Source: Clostridia bacterium | GTDB taxonomy: Bacteria; Bacillota; Clostridia; Oscillospirales; UBA644 | Length of the DNA stretch: 64,000 nucleotides | Direction: 5' to 3' | NCBI GenBank assembly: GCA_017623595.1 | Contig: JAGAOU010000039.1 | Span: 6,538-70,537, forward strand | Shown: positions 26,168 through 34,058 of the stretch, piece after piece | Position numbering within the stretch: position 1 is the first letter of the stretch | Layout: the number at the start of each line of letters is the position of its first letter | Notes under the pieces: model-generated | What the model was told of the DNA's origin: nothing | The model's input: the letters and a program-made list of their open reading frames with translations, nothing else | Databases searched by the model: none | Made by a program: the position numbers and the translations under genes

Positions 26168-27460
26168 TTATTTCTTCCTTCTCAAAACCCTGAATTGAAT
26201 CAGCAGATAGATTGCCAGAACCGTAGCGGCGGCTAAGGCGGCAAGGAAAATATTTTCGTTGGGGATAAAGGACTCAGTGCCGTCATTGTTGAGCACTTTG
26301 TCCGCATTTTTCAGTACCGCAGATCCGATTATTGGCCCGATCAGTCCGGGGATCAGCACTTGTGCTACGATGCGAAGCCCCTGGAACATTCCTGCCCGAT
26401 GCTCGGGGGTGTGATCTCTGATGACCGCCCCGAAGACCGCCATGCCCGACAGATAACCGCACATCATCAAAAGGGATCCCAAAAAGACGGGGATCACCGA
26501 TTGGAAGAAGATCAGAATCACATATCCTGCTCCCAGCATGGCCAGAGAAGGGCAGACCGATTTGCGGAATCCGATCTTATCGTAAACTCTTCCCCACAGT
26601 GCGGTGAACACCGAGGCCAAAATCACCGCGGGTGCCATGATCAGCACATAATTTTCCATGTGCAGGGATTCGGTATAGTACAGAATCAGATAGGGCATGA
26701 AGATCTGAATGGAGATTCCGAAGAGGGCAAAGCCCAACAAATGCAGGTAAAGGGTTTTGTTTTGTCCGATGACCTTGGGACGGAATCCGTAAAAAATGTT
26801 TTTGAAATAGCTTTTGTTTTCCTCTACCTTGACACAGGGATCTTGAATGAGGAAGAAGCCGAGAATGCCGATCAGCACCATTACGCCGCCGATGATCAGA
26901 AAAATGGTGGTCCAGCTTTCGGATTTGTCCAGATCAAAGCCCATGAATCCCCCGAATACCGCCAATATGGCCACCAGAGGCATCATGGCGTTGATCCCCT
27001 CCGCCTTGCCTCGGTTGGTGCTGTCGGTGGAGTCGGTCAGCCATGCGTTGAAGGCCGCATCGTTGGCCGAAGATCCAAAAAAGGTCATAATGCAGTCCAG
27101 AAGAATGGTCAGCGTCACCCCTACGGATGCCGCAGAGACCACAGAGGGAAAGAGTCCTTCAATTACATCTATCCGAACAAGGCAGAAAGCAAGAATGGAG
27201 ATTCCCCAAAGGATATATCCTCCGCAGATGAAAATTTTTCGCTTCCCGATCTTGTCCGACAGCGCTCCAATCAGCAGCGTCGTCACTGTTGCGGCGATGG
27301 CGGAGGCGGAAACCATCAGCGAGATCTCTGCGGCAGATGCGCCGAACATTTTGTAGATAAACACGTTGAAATACATGTTTTCCACTACCCATGCAATCTG
27401 ACCGGTAAGGCTGAAAATGGTCAGCGCAAGGAAAAAGGTTGCTTTTGTTCTTTTTTTCAT
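26168..27460 (-). CDS. MFS transporter, glycoside-pentoside-hexuronide (GPH)-like
   Basis: Trimmed to ATG 27460 (MKKRTKATFFLALTIF...; RBS AGGAAAGGA). 12 TM-like segments and a GALSDKIGKRK loop motif. The upstream part of the ORF-track frame is non-hydrophobic and Arg-rich. Confidence 0.85.
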   Translation of the reverse strand: MKKRTKATFFLALTIFSLTGQIAWVVENMYFNVFIYKMFGASAAEISLMVSASAIAATVTTLLIGALSDKIGKRKIFICGGYILWGISILAFCLVRIDVIEGLFPSVVSAASVGVTLTILLDCIMTFFGSSANDAAFNAWLTDSTDSTNRGKAEGINAMMPLVAILAVFGGFMGFDLDKSESWTTIFLIIGGVMVLIGILGFFLIQDPCVKVEENKSYFKNIFYGFRPKVIGQNKTLYLHLLGFALFGISIQIFMPYLILYYTESLHMENYVLIMAPAVILASVFTALWGRVYDKIGFRKSVCPSLAMLGAGYVILIFFQSVIPVFLGSLLMMCGYLSGMAVFGAVIRDHTPEHRAGMFQGLRIVAQVLIPGLIGPIIGSAVLKNADKVLNNDGTESFIPNENIFLAALAAATVLAIYLLIQFRVLRRKK

Positions 27461-27590
27461 AGCGTTTCCTTTCCTGCGGTGGGGTCCCACCGCATTAGCA
27501 AAAAGATGAAACAAAATGGTAAAGTCCAACGAGATTCCCAAGGAATAAGATATCGATTGTCTGCGGTCCGTACCTTGTACGGGCCGTTTT

Positions 27591-28346
27591 TTATCCCTGC
27601 TTTGCCTCGAACTCACTGGGAGACATGCCCTCCATGCGGCGAAACTCCGCTGAGAAATAACTGGAGCTTTCAAATCCTGCCCGAAAGGCAACCTCCGTTA
27701 CCGTATAAAGCCCCGTTTGCAACAGAAGCTTTGCGGTTTCGATGCGTTTCTTTTTGATATATTCCAGCGGTGTGGCCCCGTAGTATTTTTCAAACTCCCG
27801 TCGGAACCAGACCTCGCTTGTTTCGCACATGGCGGCAAGATCTCGAATCCGCAGCAGAGGGTCGGTGATGTTTTCGTCCATGTATTGCTTGCATCGTTTC
27901 ATGCGGGGCGGAATCGGCTGTTTGGGGCAAAAGATGCTGCTTGCCTCCGCCAGAATCTGATATGCCATGGACATCAGCACCAGGTCACACCCCTTTGCAG
28001 TGTATCGTCGGGCTGCCGTTTCGAACAGATTGTAGGTTGCTTTCGGAAACTCCACAGGGACGGTGGCGGGCAAACCTCCGCAGGATTCTTCGGCGAAAAA
28101 GTGCATCACAATCATTTCCCCCTCCTCTGAAGAATCGGTGCGGTAGGGGTACCCTGCGGGAACGTAGGTCAGAGAGTTCGGTCCCGAGGTAAGATCACAG
28201 TCTTCTCCTCGAATCCTTGTCGTTCCACTTGTGCGGAAGGAGAGAGAGGCAAAATTACGCCCGGGGACGGCGGTGGTGGGGCGCCGGCTGTAGGAGATCC
28301 GATAAATCATGCAGCTTTTCAGAACGGGTATTTCGGTGATTTTCAT
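27591..28346 (-). CDS. AraC-family transcriptional regulator (cupin sensor plus C-terminal HTH)
   Basis: 251 aa. The C-terminal ...LAAMCETSEVWFRREFEKYYGATPLEYIKKKRIETAKLLLQTGLYTVTEVAFRAGFESSSYFSAEFRR is the AraC double-HTH signature. Confidence 0.88.
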   Translation of the reverse strand: MKITEIPVLKSCMIYRISYSRRPTTAVPGRNFASLSFRTSGTTRIRGEDCDLTSGPNSLTYVPAGYPYRTDSSEEGEMIVMHFFAEESCGGLPATVPVEFPKATYNLFETAARRYTAKGCDLVLMSMAYQILAEASSIFCPKQPIPPRMKRCKQYMDENITDPLLRIRDLAAMCETSEVWFRREFEKYYGATPLEYIKKKRIETAKLLLQTGLYTVTEVAFRAGFESSSYFSAEFRRMEGMSPSEFEAKQG

Positions 28347-28451
28347 GATAATCGTTCCTTTCGGTATCCTATTGAGAATATTATACCATACTTTTACGGG
28401 AAATGCAACTGATTTTTGTTTCGAAATCCTAAATTTTATTGTCTTTTTTTG

Positions 28452-28480
28452 TTGACGGTCTCTTTCATCTGTGTTACAAT
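28452..28480 (+). promoter_or_regulatory. SigA-type promoter of the Fe-S gene pair
   Basis: -35 TTGACG (28452..28457), 17-bp spacer, extended -10 TGtTACAAT (-10 at 28475..28480). The GGGGATCCCC palindrome (28503..28512) lies in the leader. Confidence 0.6.
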
Positions 28481-28530
28481 AAACTTATCATACAGAAAAT
28501 GCGGGGATCCCCCGAAAAAGGAGTTATGTC

Positions 28531-29451
28531 ATGAATCAGCTGAAAGATCTTATTAACAGCGCAATGGAAAAAGAGGGAATCGATCTGATTGGTTTTGCCG
28601 GCAAGGATCGCTTCGCTTCCGTGGATGCGCAGCACAATCCCTTCTCCATCTTCCCCGAAGGAAAGACCGTTATCATGCTGGGCAAGCGTATCTGTCGCGG
28701 TGCTCTGCGCGGTGTGGAGGAAGGCACCAATTTCGGTGATTATCGCCTCTTCGGCTCCAATTGGCTGGAAGACGAGTTTCTTTCTCTCGCCTGCTATAAC
28801 CTTGTTCGGGTGCTGGAGAATGAAGGCTGGGAAGCCGTTCCTCTGTTCCCCAATCCTTCGGATGTTCCCCCTATGGGTGTTTCGGTTGCCGAAGGTCGCC
28901 CCGCACCTAACGTATTCCCCGACTTTACTTATGCCGCCGTTGCCTGCGGAATCGGCGAAATCGGCATGAACGGACTGCTTTTGACCCCCGAATACGGTTC
29001 CAGACAGCGGTTCCATATGATCATCACCGATGCGGAAATTGAGCCCACTCCTTTGCAGGAGGCTTCCGTTTGCCTGAAGTGCGGAAAGTGCGCCGCCGCT
29101 TGTCCTCTGGGGGCCGTTGATATTGAAAATGCTGAGGAAATTGACATTTGCGGCAAGAAAATGACCGTGGCGAAAATTAACTATGATCTCTGCCGTGATT
29201 GCAAGAACGGTGCCTGCGCCAATCGTCTTGCAAAAGCTTCCAAGCCCGACCGTATTCCCGCTCTCTGCAATCGTACCTGCCTGTGCTCTTTGGAAGAAGC
29301 GGGTGTGCTCGGAAATAAATTTGAGACCCCCTTCCGTAAGCGGGATGCCTGGGCTATCGGCGGAAAGGTCTCCGCAGAAGAAAGATCTTCTGAGAAAAAC
29401 AACGTCCTGGGCGGAGCCTACAGTGTTGACGGAAACAGAGGTGCCAAATAA
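28531..29451 (+). CDS. QueG/RdhA-superfamily-like iron-sulfur protein (paralogue A, 306 aa)
   Basis: RBS AAGGAG. GIDLIGFA, FPEGKTVIML, ACGIGEIGMNGLLLTPEYGSRQRFHMIITDAEIEP and CLKCGKCAAACP (CxxCxxCxxxCP) parallel the epoxyqueuosine-reductase core. A second Cys group is CRDCKNGAC...CNRTCLC. No signal or TAT peptide. Confidence 0.78.
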   Translation: MNQLKDLINSAMEKEGIDLIGFAGKDRFASVDAQHNPFSIFPEGKTVIMLGKRICRGALRGVEEGTNFGDYRLFGSNWLEDEFLSLACYNLVRVLENEGWEAVPLFPNPSDVPPMGVSVAEGRPAPNVFPDFTYAAVACGIGEIGMNGLLLTPEYGSRQRFHMIITDAEIEPTPLQEASVCLKCGKCAAACPLGAVDIENAEEIDICGKKMTVAKINYDLCRDCKNGACANRLAKASKPDRIPALCNRTCLCSLEEAGVLGNKFETPFRKRDAWAIGGKVSAEERSSEKNNVLGGAYSVDGNRGAK

Positions 29452-30597
29452 ATGAAATTGACATCTCAGATGATTAAGGACAGAGCCGCAGAATTGGGCA
29501 TCGATTGCATCGGTATCGGTAATATCGAGCGCTTCCAAAATGCGCCCAAGCTCATGTCCCCCCTGACCTATTTTCCCGAAGCAAAGTCGGTGATCGCCAT
29601 TGCCATGCGTATTCCGCGCGGTACCTATCGCGGTATCGAAGAGGGTACTCATTGGCACAACTACACCTTCTATTCCTACAATAAACTCAATTCCTATTTC
29701 CGTCCCCGTCTTTCTTATGAGCTTTGCCGCTTCATTGAGGATCACGGTTGGGAGGCTGTTGCCCATTATCCTGCAGTTCCCGAAGGAAACGGAACGGTCA
29801 AAGAGCCTGTTGCCGAGGGGAAGGTTCCTCCCGATGTGGTCTGCAGTGTTCGCCTGATTGCCGCAGGATGCGGTGTAGGTGAAGTTGGCTTTTCCAAGGT
29901 CTTTTTGACCAAGAAGTTCGGCCCCCGTGTCCGCCTTGGCCTGATCTTTACCGATTGTGAATTGGAGCCCGATCCGATCCTTGATACCGGTGATATTTGT
30001 CTGCATTGCGGCGCATGCCAGCGGGAATGCCCGGGGAACGCCGTTCCTTCCGTTAAGGATCCCGATGCCCGCCTGACGGTGGACTTTGGCGAAAAGAAGA
30101 TTTGGTACGGGGATGTGCAGATGGGACGCTGTACTCTCACCCATCACGGCATGAATAATGAGATTTCTCCCTTCCTGAAGAAGGAATTCCCCAATATGGC
30201 CTTCGATGTCCGCAACAGTCAGATGACCGAAGAGGAAGCCTATATCTTGGCTTATAATATGGGCCCCGCTACCTGGGGGCGTAAACCCGGACAGGCGGTT
30301 ATTGCTTACGAAAAGTACATTATGGATCATACGGGTTATATGGCTATCTGCGGTGCGCGAGGCTGTATCCGTGCTTGCATGAACGTGCTGGAAAAGGCAG
30401 GACGCATTGAGAATAAATTCCATAATCAGTTCTATAAGAAGGAATCCTGGTTGCTGCCCAACAAGCCCGTAACCGTGTCCCGCGGTGTCAACCCCTTCCG
30501 TGAGGAATATCTGGATGCCAAATATCCCGGTATCCGCGAAAATGAATACGTTATGCCGGAAAAAGTGGCGGAAAAGAGAAACAAAGAATGTAAATAA
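29452..30597 (+). CDS. QueG/RdhA-superfamily-like iron-sulfur protein (paralogue B, 381 aa)
   Basis: The ATG directly abuts the upstream TAA. It is collinear with paralogue A over about 200 aa (GIDCIGIG, FPEAKSVIAIAMRIPRGTYRGIEEGT, GWEAVAHYP, GCGVGEVGFSKVFLTKKFGPRVRLGLIFTDCELEP, CLHCGACQRECP). It has a distinct C-terminal half with CGARGCIRAC. Confidence 0.78.
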   Translation: MKLTSQMIKDRAAELGIDCIGIGNIERFQNAPKLMSPLTYFPEAKSVIAIAMRIPRGTYRGIEEGTHWHNYTFYSYNKLNSYFRPRLSYELCRFIEDHGWEAVAHYPAVPEGNGTVKEPVAEGKVPPDVVCSVRLIAAGCGVGEVGFSKVFLTKKFGPRVRLGLIFTDCELEPDPILDTGDICLHCGACQRECPGNAVPSVKDPDARLTVDFGEKKIWYGDVQMGRCTLTHHGMNNEISPFLKKEFPNMAFDVRNSQMTEEEAYILAYNMGPATWGRKPGQAVIAYEKYIMDHTGYMAICGARGCIRACMNVLEKAGRIENKFHNQFYKKESWLLPNKPVTVSRGVNPFREEYLDAKYPGIRENEYVMPEKVAEKRNKECK

Positions 30598-30617
30598 TGC
30601 GCGTGTCACCGCGTGCG

Positions 30618-30649
30618 AAAGGACATCTCCCTCGGGAGATGTCCTTTTT
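30618..30649 (+). terminator. Intrinsic terminator of the Fe-S gene pair (hairpin H1)
   Basis: 13-bp stem AAAGGACATCTCC (30618..30630) / GGAGATGTCCTTT (30635..30647), CTCG loop, T-run 30645..30649. Confidence 0.8.
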
Positions 30650-30690
30650 CTTGCGCTTCGCGCAAGCCGAGGGCGGCAGACCGCCCTCGG
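30650..30690. other. Two additional GC-rich hairpins (H2, H3) inside a closing helix
   Basis: H2 is CTTGCGC-TTC-GCGCAAG (30650..30666). H3 is CCGAGGGCGG-CAGA-CCGCCCTCGG (30667..30690). The closing helix is GCGTGCG (30611..30617) / CGCACGC (30692..30698). Confidence 0.5.
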
Positions 30691-30713
30691 ACGCACGCGC
30701 CTCACCGTTTGAT

Positions 30714-30748
30714 AAAAAACAGAGGCCGTCGCAGATGCAACAGCCTCT
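30714..30748 (-). terminator. Probable intrinsic terminator of ispG
   Basis: On the minus strand, AGAGGC...GCCTCT (6 bp, 30721..30726 / 30743..30748) is followed by GTTTTTT. Confidence 0.5.
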
Positions 30749-30754
30749 CAATCT

Positions 30755-31813
30755 TTAATTCATTTTACCTTTTGCAATGTCTTCCACTTCTGCACGGAGG
30801 AGGGGAAGAATGTTGTCGGGGGAAATATGGCGAATGATTTTTTCACCGCGGAACAGAACGTATTCCCCGTTTGCTCCCGTTACCCCAACATCGGCCTGCT
30901 TCGCTTCACCGGGACCGTTTACAACGCACCCCATTACGGCGATTTTTACATGAGCACGAATGTCCTCGAATTCCCGCTCCACTGTGTTTGCCAATTCGAT
31001 GGAATTTACTGTCGTTCGTCCGCAGGTGGGGCAGGAAATGACTTCAATTCCCCGATCGTAAAGGCCAAGAGAGCGCAAGAGAATTTTTGCGGTTTCAATC
31101 TCTTCCAAGGGGTCGGCAGTCAAAGAAACCCGAATCGTGTCTCCGATGCCGTCCAGAAGCAATGCTCCGATTCCCACCGAGGATTTCACTGTCCCCGAGC
31201 GCACCGTGCCGGCTTCCGTTACCCCAAGATGCAGGGGATAGGGAGAGTCTTTTGCAAAAATGCGATACGCCTCCACCATCATGCGCACATCGGATGCCTT
31301 CATGGATACTGCAATATCATCAAAATCAAGCTGTTCCAACAATTCTACGTTCCTCTGAGCGCTTTTTGCCAAGGCTTCCGCGGTGGGTTTTCCGTATTCC
31401 GCCAGCAGATCCTTTTCCAGGGATCCGGCATTGACCCCCACCCGAATGGGTATCTTACGGGCCTTTGCTTCGTCTGTGACAATCTTCAGGTGTGTTTTGT
31501 CGGTGTTGCCCGGGTTGATGCGAATTTTGTCCGCCCCCGATTTCATGGCCTCCATGGCAAGACGCCAATCGTAATGAATGTCTGCGACCAAAGGGATGGA
31601 TAGACTGTCTCTCAGCCTTCGGAAGGGTTCCGCCGATTCCATATCGGGGAAGGACACCCGAAGAATGTCGCACCCCGCCTCCTGCAGTGCAAGCGCCTGG
31701 GACTGCAATTCTTCAAAACGGGAAAATGGGATGGAGCACATGGATTGAATGGAGATCGGCGCACCGCCGCCTACCGCAATCCCACGTGTGACGATTTGTT
31801 TTGTCGATGCCAT
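30755..31813 (-). CDS. ispG: 4-hydroxy-3-methylbut-2-en-1-yl diphosphate synthase (flavodoxin)
   Basis: 352 aa. GcpE-like sequence throughout (VGGGAPISIQSM, DILRVS, ADIHYD, RINPGN, CPTCGRT, MGCVVNGPGE). Confidence 0.95.
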   Translation of the reverse strand: MASTKQIVTRGIAVGGGAPISIQSMCSIPFSRFEELQSQALALQEAGCDILRVSFPDMESAEPFRRLRDSLSIPLVADIHYDWRLAMEAMKSGADKIRINPGNTDKTHLKIVTDEAKARKIPIRVGVNAGSLEKDLLAEYGKPTAEALAKSAQRNVELLEQLDFDDIAVSMKASDVRMMVEAYRIFAKDSPYPLHLGVTEAGTVRSGTVKSSVGIGALLLDGIGDTIRVSLTADPLEEIETAKILLRSLGLYDRGIEVISCPTCGRTTVNSIELANTVEREFEDIRAHVKIAVMGCVVNGPGEAKQADVGVTGANGEYVLFRGEKIIRHISPDNILPLLRAEVEDIAKGKMN

Positions 31814-31834
31814 GACAAATTACCTTCCTTTTAT

Positions 31835-32866
31835 TTATACAGGGAAGAAAATATCCTTGAATGCTATGATGGCCATCAGTGCCAACAGTACAATCAAACC
31901 TACCGTATGGATGATCCCCTCCACCTTTGCGGGAATCGGGCGACGGATAATCGCCTCGATGAGCATACAAAGAAAACGACCGCCGTCCAGTGCGGGCAGG
32001 GGAAGGAGATTCATGACGCAAAGATTGATGGAAATCAGCGCCGCAATGGAGAAAAGAGATGCCCAGCCCAGGGCCGCCGCATCTGCGATGGCAGAGGAAA
32101 TTCCGATGGGCCCCGAAACATACTTCAAAGAGATGCGTCCCGTGACCATGTCTCCCAGTGTAGTGAACATCATGGTCAGATAGGCTCCCGTTTCCTCAAA
32201 AATGTTTTCCACAACCACACCGAAGGTCTTTTCGGCACGGTAAACACGGAAGTCTACCTGGGGCATATACAATTCCTTATCCACTTCGGCATGGGGAAAG
32301 GTTACGTTGGGCAGAAGCACCTCTTGACCGTCGCGCAGAACTGTGATGGCAAAGGTGTCGGTGTTGTAGGCGGCGGAAAAAACCGTGGACAGATCCGCGT
32401 ATCCGGAAATTTCGGTTCCGTTGATCGAAAGGATCTGATCCTCTGCCTGCAATCCCGTGGTGTTGGAGATTGCCCCCTCGGGAAAATCCGCAACCACGGT
32501 GGAGGGAATGGGCTTTGCGCAAACAATAACAGTGATCAGAATCACGCCGATCAGCAGATTCATCGCCGCACCCGCAACCACAATGATCATTCGTTGCCAT
32601 ACGGGCTTGTTTCGCATGGCGCGGGGATCCCCCTCCACCTCTTCGTCCTCACCCGTCATGGCGCAATAGCCGCCGATAGGAAAGAGACGCAGGGCATACA
32701 GGGTTTCCTTCCCCTGCTTTTTGAAGATGGCGGGCCCCATGCCCAAAGCAAATTCCGTCACTCGCACTCCGCAGGCCTTTGCGGCGATAAAGTGGCCGAA
32801 TTCATGAAAGAAAATCAGAGCGCTCAAAACCAGAAGCGTGTAAAATACTTGCCAAAAAATGTCCAA
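31835..32866 (-). CDS. rseP: RIP metalloprotease RseP (M50 site-2 protease with PDZ domain)
   Basis: HEFGH zinc motif in TM1, a PDZ region and the C-terminal NLLPLPALDGG motif. TTG start 32866 lies 8 nt after RBS AAGGAG. Confidence 0.92.
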   Translation of the reverse strand: MDIFWQVFYTLLVLSALIFFHEFGHFIAAKACGVRVTEFALGMGPAIFKKQGKETLYALRLFPIGGYCAMTGEDEEVEGDPRAMRNKPVWQRMIIVVAGAAMNLLIGVILITVIVCAKPIPSTVVADFPEGAISNTTGLQAEDQILSINGTEISGYADLSTVFSAAYNTDTFAITVLRDGQEVLLPNVTFPHAEVDKELYMPQVDFRVYRAEKTFGVVVENIFEETGAYLTMMFTTLGDMVTGRISLKYVSGPIGISSAIADAAALGWASLFSIAALISINLCVMNLLPLPALDGGRFLCMLIEAIIRRPIPAKVEGIIHTVGLIVLLALMAIIAFKDIFFPV

Positions 32867-32887
32867 AACAGTTACTCCTTTTTTAGG

Positions 32888-34039
32888 TCAGAGGGAATCG
32901 ATGTGCCGTTGGGTTTTTTCCCGCACGGCTCGGTCGGTTTCAAAAATGGTTTCAATGTCGGGATTCGAAATTTGGATCGTCTCTTCCGTTATACGCCGCA
33001 CTACGTCTACAATGGCGGGGAAGGATAGCTTCTTATTCAAAAATCCGTATACCGCTACCTCGTTTGCCGCATTGACTACCGTAGGATAGATCCCATCCTC
33101 CCGAATGGCATGGCGACAAAGCTCCGTGGCGGGGAAGACTTCCAAATCCGGCTTTGCAAAGGTCAGGGTAGCTACCTGCGTCAGGTCAAGTGATTCCACG
33201 GGGGAGGGCAGTCGGTCGGGATAGGTGAGGGCATATTGAATGGCAATGCGCATGTCCGGAAGCCCCAACTGCGCCAGCACGGAATTGTCATCAAATTCAA
33301 TCAGAGAGTGAATGATGCTTTCCCGATGAATCAACACTTCAATATCCTTTTCGGGCAGATCAAAGAGACGCACCGCTTCCATGATTTCCAGACCTTTGTT
33401 CATCATTGTTGCGCAGTCTACCGTGATTTTTGCCCCCATTTTCCAGCTGGGGTGACGTAATGCCATTTCGGGGGTAACATTTTTCACCTGATCCTTGGTT
33501 TGCCCGAAGAAGGGGCCTCCCGAAGCGGTGAGAAGGATTTTTTTCAGTCGACGGGCGGGAGGTGCCGCCTGAAGACATTGAAAAATTGCGGAATGCTCGC
33601 TGTCAACAGGGAGAATCTTTGCTCCGTATTTTTTTGCTTCTTCCTTGATGATGGGGCCCGCCGTGACCAGGGATTCCTTGTTTGCCACCGCAACAGGCTT
33701 TCCTTTGCGGAGGACTTCCAAAAAGGGGCGGGTGCCCGCCATGCCCACAATGCCGTTTACCGCAATGTCAAAATCCGCTTCGCGGATCATTTCCGAAAGC
33801 CCTTCCGTGCCGCTGAAAATTTTGGTGTCGGTATCCGCTACCCGTGCTTTCAGTACCTTTGCCGCATCCGGATCGGACATAGCTGCAAAGGGAGGCTTAA
33901 GGGTGCGGATTTGTTCTTCAATACGGTCTACGTCCCGATTGGCCGAAAGTCCTGCGGCGGAGAGTCCTAAGTTTTCAAGCACCGAAACGGTCTGCCGACC
34001 GATGGATCCGGTGGAACCGAGAATCAAAATTCGTCTCAT
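32888..34039 (-). CDS. dxr: 1-deoxy-D-xylulose-5-phosphate reductoisomerase
   Basis: ILGSTGSIG NADPH motif, VANKESLV, DSEHSAIFQC, ILLTASGGPF, HPSWKMG. Confidence 0.95.
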   Translation of the reverse strand: MRRILILGSTGSIGRQTVSVLENLGLSAAGLSANRDVDRIEEQIRTLKPPFAAMSDPDAAKVLKARVADTDTKIFSGTEGLSEMIREADFDIAVNGIVGMAGTRPFLEVLRKGKPVAVANKESLVTAGPIIKEEAKKYGAKILPVDSEHSAIFQCLQAAPPARRLKKILLTASGGPFFGQTKDQVKNVTPEMALRHPSWKMGAKITVDCATMMNKGLEIMEAVRLFDLPEKDIEVLIHRESIIHSLIEFDDNSVLAQLGLPDMRIAIQYALTYPDRLPSPVESLDLTQVATLTFAKPDLEVFPATELCRHAIREDGIYPTVVNAANEVAVYGFLNKKLSFPAIVDVVRRITEETIQISNPDIETIFETDRAVREKTQRHIDSL

Positions 34040-34058
34040 ATTTTATTGCATCCGTCTC

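Noticed and set aside
27555-27590. Hairpin CGGTCCGTA/TACGGGCCG plus TTTTTT as the terminator of araC
   Set aside because: The T-run follows the stem on the plus strand, whereas araC is on the minus strand. On the minus strand the stem has a C-A mismatch and no U-tract. No plus-strand gene ends here. I leave it unassigned.
28474-30705. 743-aa minus-strand ORF opposite the two Fe-S genes
   Set aside because: It has no motifs, low-complexity Gly/Ala/Ile/Phe composition, and spans two plus-strand genes and their junction. The plus-strand genes have strong RBSs and conserved Cys motifs.
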